From Perkinsus chesapeaki ATCC PRA-425 (taxonomy: Eukaryota; Protista; Perkinsozoa): a DNA stretch of 64,000 nt. Where the stretch lies: assembly GCA_013115145.1 (NCBI GenBank), contig JAAPAO010000029.1, positions 1 to 64,000 of the forward strand, written 5' to 3'. The translations under genes were made by a program, and so were the position numbers. Below the pieces are notes generated by a model, which was not told the DNA's origin, did not search any database, and worked only from the letters and a program-made list of their open reading frames with translations. Positions 1 through 13,002 of this stretch are shown piece by piece; within the stretch, counting starts at the first letter, position 1; each line of letters begins with the position of its first letter.

Positions 1-11
1 TATTATTGTAT

Positions 12-298
12 CATATATAGGTTATTATTATATTATATATAGGTTATTATTATATTATATATAGGTTATTATTATATTATATATAGGTTATTATTATATT
101 ATATATAGGTTATTATTATATTATATATAGGTTATTATTATATTATATATAGGTTATTATTATATTATATATAGGTTATTATTATATTATATATAGGTTA
201 TTATTATATTATATATAGGTTATTATTATATTATATATAGGTTATTATTATATTATATATAGGTTATTATTATATTATATATAGGTTATTATTATATT
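12..298. repeat. Minisatellite, 22-bp unit (tataggttattattatattata), ~13 copies, intronic
   Basis: Direct inspection; ends just before the ag acceptor at 308-309. Confidence 0.95.
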
Positions 299-309
299 TA
301 TTGTACCAG

Positions 310-2139
310 GTAAGGTAGAGGAAAGTACAGAGAAAGCTGAGGAGAAGACACAGGAAGAGGCTACTGAGGTAATGCAGCGGGGAACTAGCAGTTTCAGATA
401 TTATTGTTATCACATTTGGTTAATCCTCGTTTATCCTTGGTAGCATCTCTAGCTTCATAGTCACCATTTCCTGTCTACACGATAACATTATTCGGAGGAA
501 ATTATCCGTTTTATTATATAACCACGTGGTATGACTGAAATGTCTCATTTTCGGTACAATCAGTGAATTATAAAAGATTACGCTAAAACTCAGTGAAACA
601 GCAAAAAAGCGCGCTTCTAGTCCAGAAGAGTGGATAGGTTAGGATTATGGTAAAATAATAATCGATAGGGAATATTCCCCCTTTTAAAAATAATACTTTA
701 TTACAGATATCAATGTTAAGACTAAAAATAGATCATGGTTCAAGGGTTTTGCCCTTCAACAGAGTGGCGAGGCATGTTTGAAATGTTCACCAGCGCCTGT
801 CAGTAGTGGTAACTGTTGCTACTTGGCTCGTACTACTAATAAGTTGACACCGCCAAGTCGTGTCGAAAATTGATACGGCAATATCAGAGTTGTGACAATC
901 GTTAAGATAGTTAAACGTAGGAAGTCTTATTTATAGTTAACGTTGTTTGCTTTAATGTAGACGTTATTACGGAAAAGATTGCGCAGCCTTGCACAATCTG
1001 CTAAGTGTAATTCGCGAAGAATGTGTTGTACGTGAGAATGTCTCAAAAACGTTTCAAACGTTTCGGAAGCGCCCGCATGTTCTCTATCGGTTAGTGTAAT
1101 CTTCTGTAAGGAATTTTCTGTCTTCCTTCTGTGGCGAATCCGCGGTTCCGCTACTCCCACCACTAGTGGGAGCTCCAGCGTGAGTGTCCAGCGTTACCTC
1201 TGGTGCTGGTGAAGATAGTCTTATATCTCCTCAGCTTCATTACATGCACGGAATGTAATGAAACGAAACAACTGAAACGGCGAGATACCAAATGTCGTTA
1301 GCGCGCGCCCAGACAAAGACACGGATACGCAAGTGATTCACAATGCGACTTGATATAAATCATAACACTTCCATCGGAGCATACCGGTCCTGGAACAATT
1401 ATTTCGGTCAACATTCTTATTGATTTTGTCTTAGTCGAGTGTCGCTGGTGATTCGGCTGAGGCAGCAAGTGAGGAGTTATCGGAGGAAGAGAAGAGAGCA
1501 AAACGAGCGGCTAGGTAGAAGGGAAATAGAGATGTTTAATGGAAGGGAAATAGAGATGTTAAAAAGAAGGGAAATAGAGATGTTAAAAAGAAGGGAAATA
1601 GAGATGTTAAAAAGAAGGGAAATAGAGATGTTAAAAAAGGAAGGGAAGTAGAGATGTTAAAAAGAAGGGAAATAGAGATGTTAAAAGGAAGGGAAATCGA
1701 GATGTTGAAAGGAAGGGAAATATAGACGCAAAAGGAAGGGAAATATAAACGTTAATAGGAAGGGAAATATAGACGCAAAAGGAAGGGAAATATAAACGTT
1801 AATGGGAAGTGGATTTTCCGTTTTCTCTATCAGATTTGGCACTACCACTGAAGCGGACAAACTAGCGTCGAGAGCTGCCCGTTTCGGAACTGCTGAGAAG
1901 GTCAAGCCGAAAAATAAGTAGGTATGAGATTTTGTGGCGCTGGAATCGCTGAATTCTCAGAGCAGTAGCGAGTAGCAAGGTTAGCTCTGAGGAGACACAG
2001 CGACGGTTAAAGCGAGCGAAGAGGTAATTAAAATGATAGCGCGGGTGGGATTCGAACCTGCGTCAGGTTCGGGCTTACAACTCCGGAGACGGAGGCCGAG
2101 AAGAAACGATTGCGAGGTGAACGGTTTGGTAGCGATTGA
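310..2139 (+). CDS. SARNP/Tho1/MOS11-like mRNA export RNP protein, 5'-partial, multi-exon
   Basis: Spliced exons give SEEEKRAKRAAR|FGTTTEADKLASRAARFG..K|AVASSKVSSEETQRRLKRAKR|FGLTTPETEAEKKRLRGERFGSD*. The repeated K/RxxRAxRFG motifs are typical of the Tho1/MOS11 C-terminal region. The N-terminus lies outside the window. Confidence 0.65.
1513..1805. repeat. Intronic purine-rich minisatellite, 23-bp unit (agaagggaaatagagatgttaaa), grading into a longer derived unit
   Basis: Direct inspection; inside intron starting gtagaagg at ~1514. Confidence 0.9.
2037..2061 (-). other. tRNA 3'-end-like fragment filling the 43-bp intron 2024-2066
   Basis: Reverse complement GCAGG-TTCGAAT-CCCAC-CCGCGCT-A followed by tcatttt; no 5' tRNA half seen. 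Confidence 0.6.
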
Positions 2140-2798
2140 GATGTTCCTTTTGGTTCAATACGATGAAGCAGGTTCTCTTTCATCGAAGGTGTTGTGTTGT
2201 GGGCGGGGCATTTGCGCCAACTAAGTAGAAGGAAAAAAGAAGTTAACTCTACTTGTTTCTTGAGAATGGTTTCTAACTTTCGGGGGTTATATTGGATGAA
2301 AGATTCGCTGAATTTGGAAAATGAAACGTCAAATCCGACTGACTCAATATTTGATACTTTATAAAACTGTAGGAGAAATAGATATTAGTTATATCGAGTA
2401 TCTACTCAATTTGGGGACGTAAGAAGAATTCCGTGTGTGATGGGTTATAACATTACTAGGGCATCGGTGCCAGATATATGAGGTCAGGCATTTATTGTTA
2501 GAGGAAGGTAGCTGCTAATTGAACCTTTGAAGACGATAATAATCCCTATAATATTTTACTAATAGATACTTATATCAGTATTAATAGCAGGATATCTTAT
2601 ATCTGTTATTTAAATACTGCCACTAGACTGGATTAATGTTGTTTTTTCGGAAAATTGTGATTTACGTTCAATTGAAGAATAATAAATGTGAATCTTTCAT
2701 TAGGTAGATGGTAGTTTGATTAGTTTCGATTAGCTATAAGATCGTCGGTTATTCATATCAATCGGGTACGTATTTTTATCGAGCTTTGGAGGAATAGA

Positions 2799-2823
2799 TG
2801 CCGTCGGTCGGATTCGAACCTGC
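2799..2823 (-). other. tRNA 3'-end-like fragment (intergenic)
   Basis: Reverse complement GCAGG-TTCGAAT-CCGAC-CGACGGC-A. Confidence 0.6.
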
Positions 2824-3096
2824 GACTTGTGGATGTGGAGCACTCAGGCTCGTGCTAGCGTTGCACGAGCCTGTGACTGCAGCAATTGAGCATCGTTTCT
2901 ACGGTGTAGGATAATTTCAACTGCAGTGTCTCCTTATTAAACTTCCCCTATTGCCACATAATGCTGACGTATATTGTTGGTTTATGATTCTTGTTTGGAC
3001 TCCTGAAATTCTTTCGTTGGGGAGACGGAACAGATACTCTTAGATGGGAAAGAGTTTGACGTTCGGGTTTGCCTTAGGAACTTATTTGCTCTTTAA

Positions 3097-3765
3097 TTTA
3101 CCATATACCTTATATAATATCTTTAACCTTTCCTTTATATAATATCTTTAACCTTTCCTTTATATAATATCTTTAACCATTCNNNNNNNNNNNNNNNNNN
3201 NNNNNNNNNNNNNNNNNNNNNNNNNNNNNNNNNNNNNNNNNNNNNNNNNNNNNNNNNNNNNNNNNNNNNNNNNNNNNNNNNNTCCTTTATATAATATCTT
3301 TAACCTTTCCTTTATATAATATCTTTAACCTTTCCTTTATATAATATCTTTAACCATNNNNNNNNNNNNNNNNNNNNNNNNNNNNNNNNNNNNNNNNNNN
3401 NNNNNNNNNNNNNNNNNNNNNNNNNNNNNNNNNNNNNNNNNNNNNNNNNNNNNNNNNATATCTTTAACCTTTCTTTAACCTTTCCTTTATATAATATCTT
3501 TAACCTTTCCTTTATATAATATCTTTAACCTTNNNNNNNNNNNNNNNNNNNNNNNNNNNNNNNNNNNNNNNNNNNNNNNNNNNNNNNNNNNNNNNNNNNN
3601 NNNNNNNNNNNNNNNNNNNNNNNNNNNNNNNTTCCTTTATATAATATCTTTAACCTTTCCTTTATATAATATCTTTAACCTTTCCTTTATATAATATCTT
3701 TAACCATTCCTTTATATAATATCTTTAACCTTTCCTTTATATAATATCTTTAACCTTTCCTTCAT
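3097..3765. repeat. Minisatellite, 25-bp unit (ctttaacctttcctttatataatat), interrupted by three N gaps
   Basis: Direct inspection; ~100-N gaps starting at 3183, 3358 and 3533, so true length is unknown. Confidence 0.9.
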
Positions 3766-3795
3766 ATCTTCGTCCAGTTCCATTTGCAATATATT

Positions 3796-6194
3796 ATGGT
3801 TGAATCGTATAACGTACACGAGGAAGGCAGTGGTCCTCTTCTTCGATCTTCCCCCACTACTGTGAGGATATTAATTTGTGGCTGCTGGGATCTCATGCAC
3901 ACAGGCCATTTCAACGCTATCAGACAGGTAGGTGCCGTCGCTGGGATTCGAACCAGGGACCTTTTGGCTGTATCAGGTTGCTAATATCGCCCAAGATATT
4001 GAGCAGGAGAGAGCTGACGAAGGAAAGGTAAGGAGGAGAGACGCGTCGTGTGGGTGGTTTCGATCGATTATGATCCGAAATGTATGTACATTAGTAATAA
4101 ATCACTTTTATCACTTGAAATTGTACTTTGAATATTATTTATTTATATCTATTCTCAGCCGGTCCACGTCGAAGTAGTTGCGGGTATCCATCCCAATAAG
4201 GAAATCCGTCGCGTTAAAGGCGGTGAATTCGTGTGCTCGGAAGAAGAAAAAGAGGTAAGCGGCATGATAATTTTGTGGCGCGTGACGATGTCTTCAGACT
4301 ATGTTACGAGCATGCAAATGGGTGGATGATATTGTGCATGACGTTCCCTATAAGCCGTTAACTGTCGAATTCCTGGACAAGGTAAATTGGAGAATATCGT
4401 GGCGCGTGACGGAATTTTTCATCTCATTTTTAGCATCGTATTGACTATGCTGTCCACGGAGATGACATTGCAAAGGCTTCGGATGGTACCGATATGTACG
4501 GCAACGTCAAAGAAGCCGGCAGGTAAACGCACATCAATTTCGTGGCGCGCGGTATTATTGATATCAGATATCGTGAATTCAGAAGGAGTGAGTGTATCTC
4601 AACTACGACCCTGATCAATAGAGTAAGGAAAATCGAGGAAGAATTTCTGGAAAAATTGTGAAAAATCACGTAAAAATTTTGGGAAAAATCATGTGAAAAA
4701 TTTCGGGGAAATCATCGGAAAATTTTATAAAAATTAATGGAAGATATGACGGGGGGGAGATGGGACAATCTTGGTCGGCCGAAATTATGTTTCATCGTTC
4801 TTGCTGAAGATCTTATCAGAAAACTATGAGGAAATGCTATCGACGGTTTTCTCGCTTTTTTCGAATTGTAATTTATTTCGGTTCGAGTCTTTTCGTTGGT
4901 TACTTTCGCCACCGAAAGCTGGGTTCATCTGAATTACGTTTTTTCTATCAGATTTTGGGTCACCATCCAGGAGCCAACGCGGATGAGGCGTTCTCGCTGA
5001 CGAGTAGGAGAATGTCTGAGTTTTCGCGAGGGAACAAACCTATTGAAAGTGCTACTAAGGTGCGTAATTTCGCGGCGCAGTGACGTTATTGTTATCTGTT
5101 GTTATGTCAGATTGTATATATTTCTGCAGTTTGGGACCTTTTACACACTGCCCACGTTGAGGCGCTCCGGCTTGCTTATCAAGCGGTAGAGGGCGCGGAT
5201 TATTTACTGGTAAGCGGGGGTGGGAATTAAACTACTATATTGTTAAGTATAACAAGTATTAAATTCTATGTAGTCGGCATGATATAGTTCATTATCTAAC
5301 GGAGCGATGCCTACTATCGATATCATCTTTTATGACCGTAATTAGTAACCATTAATTATTTTTCATTATTACCTTTCATTATTACCTTTTACTATTGCCT
5401 TTTATTACTACCTTTTATTATTACCTTTTATCATTACCTTTTATTACTACCTTTTATTATTACCTTTTATCATTACCTTTTATTATTAACTTTTATTATT
5501 ACCTTTTATCATTACCTTTTATCATTACCTTTTATTATTACCTTTTATCATTACCTTTTATTATTACCTTTTATTATTACCTTTTATTATCACCATTATG
5601 TTGATTAGGTTGGTGTCCGACATGATTCATCGGCCAAGGGTGAAACCGATAGTACGGTAACATCTGATGGAGAGAGGGCACTATCTCTCCTCAGTTGCAA
5701 GTAGGAAGGATAATTTCGTGGCGCGTGACGGATATGTCATTAGGTATGTATCTGATGTGGTTTTGCAGGCGCCGGAGCGTCCCAGTGCGGACTTCTTTCG
5801 TGCATTCAATGTAAGCCGCTATTTCGTGGATATTTTTTATTTTTATGCCTTCTCATCATTGCATTTATTATTTTCCTTGCTTTCAGATCAGCGCCGTAGT
5901 TGTTGTGACTAACCATCCAGATTTCGATCCCGATGAGACCAAATTCGAGAATGCAAAGGGACAAGCGGAGATAGTCAAAGTGACACTACCAAAGGGCAGT
6001 GTCAGCACTAAGGAGCTCTGCCAACGTGAGAGGGATAGTGCCGCGGTGCTTCTAAGCTATTCCGTATCTTGCATGGTTGAAGCTACGATATTTTAGGTGT
6101 TTTGATGAAGAGAGATGCGTTCGAGGCTCGCAACTCTAAGAAGGTCGACCCCGGTGTCTCGGTCGTATCTTCGAACGCGCAGCTTCGGGCTTAA
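3796..6194 (+). CDS. PCYT2: Ethanolamine-phosphate cytidylyltransferase (two CT domains), ~12 exons
   Basis: Exons splice to RILICGCWDLMHTGHFNAIRQ (HxGH), ACKWVDDIVHDVPY, IDYAVHGDD..DGTDMY, YREFRRSECISTTTLINR, second domain WDLLHTAHVEAL and ERALSLLSCKYVSDVV; stop TAA 6192-6194. Confidence 0.88.
3933..3957 (-). other. tRNA 3'-end-like fragment filling the 49-bp intron 3928-3976
   Basis: Reverse complement CCTGG-TTCGAAT-CCCAG-CGACGGC-A; shares CGACGGCA with the 2799 copy. Confidence 0.6.
5360..5595. repeat. Intronic low-complexity tandem repeat (~30-bp unit built from tta/cctttt)
   Basis: Direct inspection. Confidence 0.85.
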
Positions 6195-6439
6195 TATTAA
6201 TCTTTTATCCAAAGTAAAGCTGCGTGAGCATCTACATCCACTTTCATTACTTCCATCTTGCTCTGAGAAGAAGAAATACTACTACTATTCTTATTGTTGA
6301 TAATGATGTTGGTTTATTAGCCAACGTGTGCTAATCCTATTATTATTCCAGAGCGAGATTTGTAGACTCCATTTGTAGATTAGTATATAATGATGATGAG
6401 ATGAGGGTTGAGTTGGAGTTATGAGCAGTAATGGTGGAG

Positions 6440-6600
6440 GGGTTCATAGGCATTATGGAATAAGGGTTCAGTGACTAGTAGGAGCTGTTTGGTATTGAGT
6501 TAGGGAATAAGGGTTAAGTGTCTAGTAGGAGCTGTTTGGTATTAAGTTAGGGAATAAGGGTTAAGTGTCTAGTAGGAGCTGTTTGGTACTAAGTTAGGGT
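6440..6600. repeat. Tandem repeat, ~47-bp unit (ggaataagggttaagtgtctagtaggagctgtttggtattaagttag), ~3.5 copies
   Basis: Direct inspection. Confidence 0.85.
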
Positions 6601-6832
6601 GTATGGTTGCTTGTTGAGTGTTGTAGGGATAATATTTCCGTCAGTTCTCCTCCAGTAACAAGCTATTTACTAGCTTGATGGGATCGTTGGTCAAACTTTC
6701 CCGTATTACATATACGGTAATGTCGGATGGAATCAGGGATCCAGTCTGGTCGAAGGGTGGAATGAAAACCCGAATGCAGTTTGTTGCGTAAGTTTCTAAA
6801 TATGTATGTTAGGGTTTATATTATCTCCATGG

Positions 6833-8846
6833 ATGGCATCGAGTAGTAGTACAAGTGGCAGCAGTAACCCATCAAATAGTATAATGAACATTTTTAAATG
6901 GAGTAATAATGGGAATTAATAAGGGAATATCATATGTTGATGCGTGCTTTAGCAAGAAATATTTTTCGTGATGTTACAATATGATTTGTTATTCTACTAC
7001 CGCGGTAATTATCTTATTTGTTTCAACACGTTTTTGTCCGTTCATGTCTTTAACGACAACTTGGTATGCGTTCACGTTAAAATGTTTATGACAATTATAT
7101 GATTTATGACAATTATATGATTTATAACAATTATATGATTTATGACAATTATATGATTAATGACAATTATATGATTTATGACAATTATATGATTCATGAC
7201 AATTATATGATTTGTGTCAGTTATATGATTTATGTCAGTTATATGATTTATGTCGGTTATATGATTTATGACAATTATATGATTTATGACAGTTTATCAG
7301 ATATATCTCATTACGTTAAGAATGACAGGCCAGAGTTACGATCGTGTCACTTGCCACCGGATGATGCCACGGGAGTAACACCGCCGCCGCCGGCCCCATT
7401 GGTTATTACACTATTGGTTTCTCAGGTATTGAAGGAAAATGTTAAGGATGTTGCGGAGACCGCAGCTGTGCTGTTTGATCCTGGTAGTATTTAGTCAAGA
7501 CCTATACAAGGCAAATGATGTTTTCATTTCTTCATTATGTAAAAGGAAAAACATAATTTTTGGTCCCGGTGAAATATATAGTTTGGTCCCGGTGAAATAT
7601 ATAATATAAATATAATGTATTATTATTTCATATAATAATGCTTTATTTTTTCGTTCGATGGGATAGTGTTCGTGCTAGTTGATATGTTTTATTGTATCTT
7701 ACATGACTAGGTTTGGTAAAGAGTAGTTGAGGAGTCTTTAATTGTGTCAGATGTCCCCTCGTATGAGAGATGGTCGAGCGTGGTAGTTTATGAAGAGGGC
7801 GCCGAGGGACGACCGAAAATAAGATGTTCGAATGAACGTGAGGAGATGGATAATTTCGTGGCGAGTGACATAATGATGCTGCGACGCTTCGACTTGGAAT
7901 TAATGCTTGCATTAAGATCTGATACGCTCTTTGAAGAGATCATTTAGTTATATATTTGGAGCTACTCGTACAAACAAGGAGGGTGCGTTTTCCTGAAGCG
8001 ATACACTTTTTTATTTCTCGCTAGTTCCGGGAGATGCGCTTCGAAATTTCTAGAGAGACCTGCCTTAAACGTGCTGTAATACGTGGCGAAAGTAAAAGGC
8101 GGAAAATGAAACGGTTTGTGTTGCATGACAGTGCGAGCGAAATTGAAGAAGCCATAATACCATCGTTCAAATTTGATAGTGCAGCTAGCTGATGGATTTG
8201 TGTTATTATGCATTTTATTATTAGTATTATTTATGTATCTCATTATTCGCTTTTTAGGGATTGCTTCTAAATAGGTGTGAAATCGGCGAATGTTTTTCTG
8301 TTGAATATATAACTGAATATACTCGCTTGATCGTCTCTAAAGAGGGCCCCATCACTCCACCACATTCTTACATCCCTTGGGAAATACTACGTTTTGTGTT
8401 TTCAGGTAAATTGGTTCTACTTGTACGTGAGGGTGTTCCGTCTCGCATATTGCCATCTTATTTGTTATATCCTAATGGAGCCTATCGGTAGGTTACCGCG
8501 ATATTTTAAAAGGAATAATGACGGGTGCCGGGATCGAACCTTGGTGAAGTCATTTGGGGGTGATCGTATTCATTTCATACGGTATCGAATAACGTTTTGT
8601 GATAGTTGATGATAAAATACATATAATATTTTCACAAAAGACTTCGATAAGTTTTAGAAGCTCGCGAAAATAGTTTTCTTGAACTTGCTATCCTCGAGGC
8701 CGTTGGTTTTACCTAGGTATCTCTCGGAGCATGATAAAGTACTGGAGCATATGATGACAGCTGTTGAGGATAGGCGTGTCGGAGGTGATAGTGGTGAGTT
8801 GGTGGTGGCGGTGAGAAAGGAAGATGCTCCGTCGTTCTTCTGTTAA
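6833..8846 (+). CDS. Hypothetical multi-exon protein (boundaries approximate)
   Basis: Exon-like segments flanked by ag/gt: HYVKNDRPELRSCHLPPDDATG, VLKENVKDVAETAAVLFDP, DVPSYERWSSVVVYEEGAEGRPKIRCSNE, LLLNRCEIGECFSVEYITEYTRLIVSKEGP, YLSEHDKVLEHMM...APSFFC*; no family recognised. Confidence 0.5.
7085..7275. repeat. Intronic minisatellite, 18-bp unit (atgatttatgacaattat), ~10 copies
   Basis: Direct inspection. Confidence 0.9.
8519..8543 (-). other. tRNA 3'-end-like fragment, probably intronic
   Basis: Reverse complement CAAGG-TTCGATC-CCGGC-ACCCGTC-A followed by ttattcctttt. Confidence 0.55.
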
Positions 8847-9034
8847 GTAGGCGAGATGTAGAAACGTGGGGATTGAAGATCTTGAGAAGTAGATAGAATT
8901 TCGAGTTGATCTCTTTTACGTACTATTATTTCACTATAATACAAGTATGCATAGTTATTACATATATAAGATATATATTACTTTATTTGATTTTTCATAC
9001 AATTATGTCACTATAATTGTTATCACTATATGTA

Positions 9035-9680
9035 CGTATATGTAGATATGTAGATATATAGATGTGTAGATATGTAGATATGTACATATATGTAGATATG
9101 TAGATATATAGATATGTAGATATGTACATATATGTAGATATGTAGATATGTACATATATGTAGATATGTAGATATATAGATATGTAGATATGTACATATA
9201 TGTAGATATGTAGATATGTACATATATGTAGATATGTAGATATATAGATATGTAGATATGTACATATATGTAGATANNNNNNNNNNNNNNNNNNNNNNNN
9301 NNNNNNNNNNNNNNNNNNNNNNNNNNNNNNNNNNNNNNNNNNNNNNNNNNNNNNNNNNNNNNNNNNNNNNNATATGTACATATATGTAGATATGTAGATA
9401 TATAGATATGTAGATATGTACATATATGTAGATATGTAGATATGTAGATATATGTAGATATGTAGATATGTAGATATGTAGATATATGTAGATATGTAGA
9501 TATGTAGATATATGTAGATATGTAGATATGTAGATATATAGATATGTAGATATCTAGATATGTAGATATGTAGATATATAGATATATAGATATGTAGATA
9601 TGTAGATATATGTAGATATGTAGATATGTAGATATATAGATATGTAGATATGTAGATATGTAGATATGTAGATATATAGA
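9035..9680. repeat. Compound microsatellite based on 8-bp atatgtag units, with an N gap
   Basis: Direct inspection; explains the spurious YIS/HIY ORFs on the minus strand. Confidence 0.92.
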
Positions 9681-9764
9681 TACACAATCATGCATAATGT
9701 ATTATTATACAATATTAATGATGATCGTTATATGATTTCGTATCATTCTACATATCATTGATGT

Positions 9765-10150
9765 TTACCTCGCTCTATTTGATTCTCCATAATATGGCAT
9801 CGCTAAAATATGTATGACTCTATTCCTCAACCTGTCATCTGTTCGATGGTGGCTATCAAGGTTTGATAAGTTGATGATTATTTTATCTTGTAGGTCATCA
9901 TAATTCTGGACACCATAATTTGGATAGTACTCCGTTTTACCATTTATTGTCCGATAAGGGATGTAAAGCATTGAGCGATATACTGTAATATAGGGTCCCA
10001 GTGGTTATACTGGCCTCGGCGGGGAAAGGGCGTTTTCGCGAAGTGAGAGTTGGTCCACGGGCTGCCGGGGAAATATAGTGTGTACTGAGGGATACGTCTG
10101 GGCAGATATGGGTTTAGTATGATTTTTCCCGATCGGTTATATTTCTCCAT
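9765..10150 (-). CDS. Possible exons of a small hypothetical gene
   Basis: Two overlapping minus-strand frames with protein-like composition (GKIILNPYLPRRIPQYTLYFPG; YDDLQDKIIINLSNLD..NRAR then gt donor); unresolved. Confidence 0.25.
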
Positions 10151-10522
10151 GAAAGTTATTAAGGTTTGATTCTATTATTAGGGAAACTAGATGTAGGTAA
10201 TTGTTATATCAACTGTAGATTGTAGATGAGCGAGGAAAATGGACAGTTTCAACTTGAATTTATTCAAGCTGTTTCGGGGTCGTTGCGAGATGGGACGCGA
10301 TTTGGGGCGCGGCTGGCACCGTGACAATATGACAGTGTAACTAGTAGTAGTTACGGTCGAATGTGTAGTGTGAGGTGAAACGGCCCGAGGGATAATGATG
10401 GTGAATAATACTGTGTCTGTCTTGACTAGTTTGATGACATAATTTATAGTCATCTTAGAATGCTTCTTCAGGAATTCACCCTGATGTTTTTCATTGTTAT
10501 TAAATGTTTATTATATTTATGT

Positions 10523-13002
10523 CAGGCGTGTGGTATCTCAGCAATATGATGTAGTTGATTATTGTCCAGTGCTGTCTAGTTGGACAGCATTATTGTTGGT
10601 GTATCTTACAGGAGATGAGGCTTTTGCTGTTATTAGAGGGATATTGGAGCATGCGAAGGATGAAGGGGAGATGTAAGCGATTGGTCGTGGGTTCGATCCC
10701 CGGTTGAGGCATTCAATTAGTGTCGGAAAGGGGTAATTCATGATCGTTAGTGAGATAGTGAGTTGCCAGCATTCTCTGGCTAGCTTGTCCGAGCTTACCT
10801 TATTATTGGTATATCTTCTGAATATACAGTCTAGTATGGTCCGAATAAAATGTGCTATTCTTGCCACTATTTTGTTTAAAAGCGAGGTATGTGCCCAAAC
10901 TGGTGAGAAGTGCTGATATTATTGACAGGGAGTTATCTAGTCTCACAGAAGAGTCTTTCTCGGGAATCGAAACGAGTTTTTGATGTGGAGAAAAATTTAG
11001 TTCTCAGAGCGGAAGGAAACTTCAGGAGCTGCGTGATGTTCCTCAATAACCCCTTTATTTCAGATACGTATTCACGAAACGGAGCTCGTTCGTGGATGTT
11101 GTAAATGCTGCATTGAATAAGACCCGAAGGATACTGCCTACGCTATTCCACACTATGCAGAGTTTGGATACTTTGCTATTGGAGGATATCTGTGTTAAAA
11201 CGTTGGGGCGAGGATTTACGGCAGCATCGCCGCAGCTGGCTGTAATGTGCTATGGGAGAGGGGCGTGGGGGATCACAATTCCTTATGCGGCTGTCGACCA
11301 CCGGCGATCACTGTTGAACTGTGTCGAATGATTTATTGGGTGATAGCTGCTGTAATATCAAATACGAGAATGTAATGATCATTTTGTATTATCAATGACG
11401 GATTATTTGAATGGGTGGATCGATGCATCCGATATCCTTCTATGGGGAGACTTCTCAGAGGAGTAGAGCTTTAAAACTAATGCTTGATTCGAAAATAGTC
11501 GGTGCATGGATTTCTGTTCAAATTGATGAAATGGATTTAGTTGGAATCACTTGACGCGTATTAGTCATTGTCGTTTTGAACTACCACGGGTCATTGGTGT
11601 TGCTGCGGGAATTACCTGTGATTTAACAACAACTGCAGGTACGTGTTTTGTGTTGTTTCTTATTAGAAGGTCAAAAGGTGCTCGTGAGGTTCATGGTAGC
11701 GAGCCTAAAGGTTATGTGGAAGAAGCATAGGGGAGAGGTGATACTTGGGTGGGGAATTGCAGAGTGTTAATATAACGCCTAGAGTAGCTGTTATATTAGC
11801 TTTGTTATATGTACACCTATTTGAGTTTCTGTTTAAACTGCGGTGATGTTGACCTCATGAGTCTAGGTCTGCCGCAAACCCCCTTCGCTATCTTCCTATG
11901 AATACGCGTGTGTGGGTCGCATTCTCGATCTGTTATCGAACGAGGTAATGAATTTTGGTCAGGTGGTTGGAGCTAAAAATCGAGAGGAGGTTGTGAAGGT
12001 GTATAATACGCTTATTGGCGATCCGAAGGAGGCTGCGGAAATAAGTAGGATTTGGAGAGATGGAGTGTGTTGGCATTGTAGAGATTGTCATTTCGCTAGA
12101 GACCAATGGCATTCGCAAAATGTTTGAGGCGTTGCCGTGATTTTTTGTCCTCAGGTCGAACGTGTTTTTTGTTGAGACTTCCGAATCCACTGAGTCAGCG
12201 GCACGCTTTGGGTACAGGGGCACTTATTTTCGAGGATGGGTCGGCCCTCAACGGTCAAAGCGAGGAGGAAGGTAGTACATGTACGAGCCTAGCCTGGGAT
12301 CATCAACTATTCAAAGCGGTTCATTCAGTCACATTGTCGTCCGACAATGTAATATATGTTTATCTGAACTCAGTCTCAAGCCCGGAAGGCTTTGATGTCG
12401 AGTCGTGTGTCCGAGGCTGGGTTAGGAGCGTCTGTCCTGTGTTGAGCTTTCTGGAAATTAAGAAGATCTACGACTCGATGACAGATGGGTTCTCATTGAA
12501 GTAATAACGTCGCATCGACGAATAGTGGATGATTGAATACTGACCAACTCTTAGCCATCTCAAAGCTCGTCTTACCAATCTCACGTCATCTTCGTCTGGA
12601 TACGCATTCATTGTGCGGTCTAATGATGGAGATATCTGCGGCCTGTTTGATCCCCTCGGTGATGGTACGGGCTTCTTGTTTAACGAAAAGGAGTATTGGC
12701 CTGTAGCATGTAAGCGACTTCCTTCTAGACAGGTAGTGATTTTACGTTATAGGCCTCCCTAAATCCGGAGAGCTTCATTCATTTAGTGGATCCATGTTGT
12801 TGCTAGGGCACAGCACATTAACTTTGGATTCTGATATGCGGTGGGGAAGATACGTCCCGGATACGGTACTGCTGGACTACACGGGTTCGGTTGCACGTTG
12901 ATGCTTCAGGACGTATTTGGGCCAGATTGTCCAGTATTGATAACGACACCGGATTTTGAGGTCTCAAGGCTGTGGGTATTCACCCTTGTTGAGGAAGACT
13001 GA
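10523..13002 (+). CDS. TBC (RabGAP-like) + TLDc domain protein, TBC1D24-like; 5' end unresolved
   Basis: VDYCPVLSSWTALLLVYLTGDEAFAVI resembles the TBC1D24 TBC segment. C-terminal exons GYAFIVRSNDGDICGLF, LLLGHSTLTLDSDMRWG and PDFEVSRLWVFTL fit TLDc; stop TGA 13000-13002. Confidence 0.6.
10687..10711 (+). other. tRNA 3'-end-like fragment directly after splice donor gtaag (10673)
   Basis: GTGGG-TTCGATC-CCCGG-TTGAGGC-A. Confidence 0.55.

Noticed and set aside
1439-1651. ORF with RREIEMLK repeats; similarly 5395-5604 and 7099-7494
   Set aside because: Read-through of intronic minisatellites
6440-6820. TTAGGG words suggesting interstitial telomere sequence
   Set aside because: Isolated hexamers within a 47-bp minisatellite, not tandem telomeric repeats
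8995-9695. 230-aa ORFs (YIS/HIY repeats)
   Set aside because: Translation of an 8-bp microsatellite spanning an N gap; not coding
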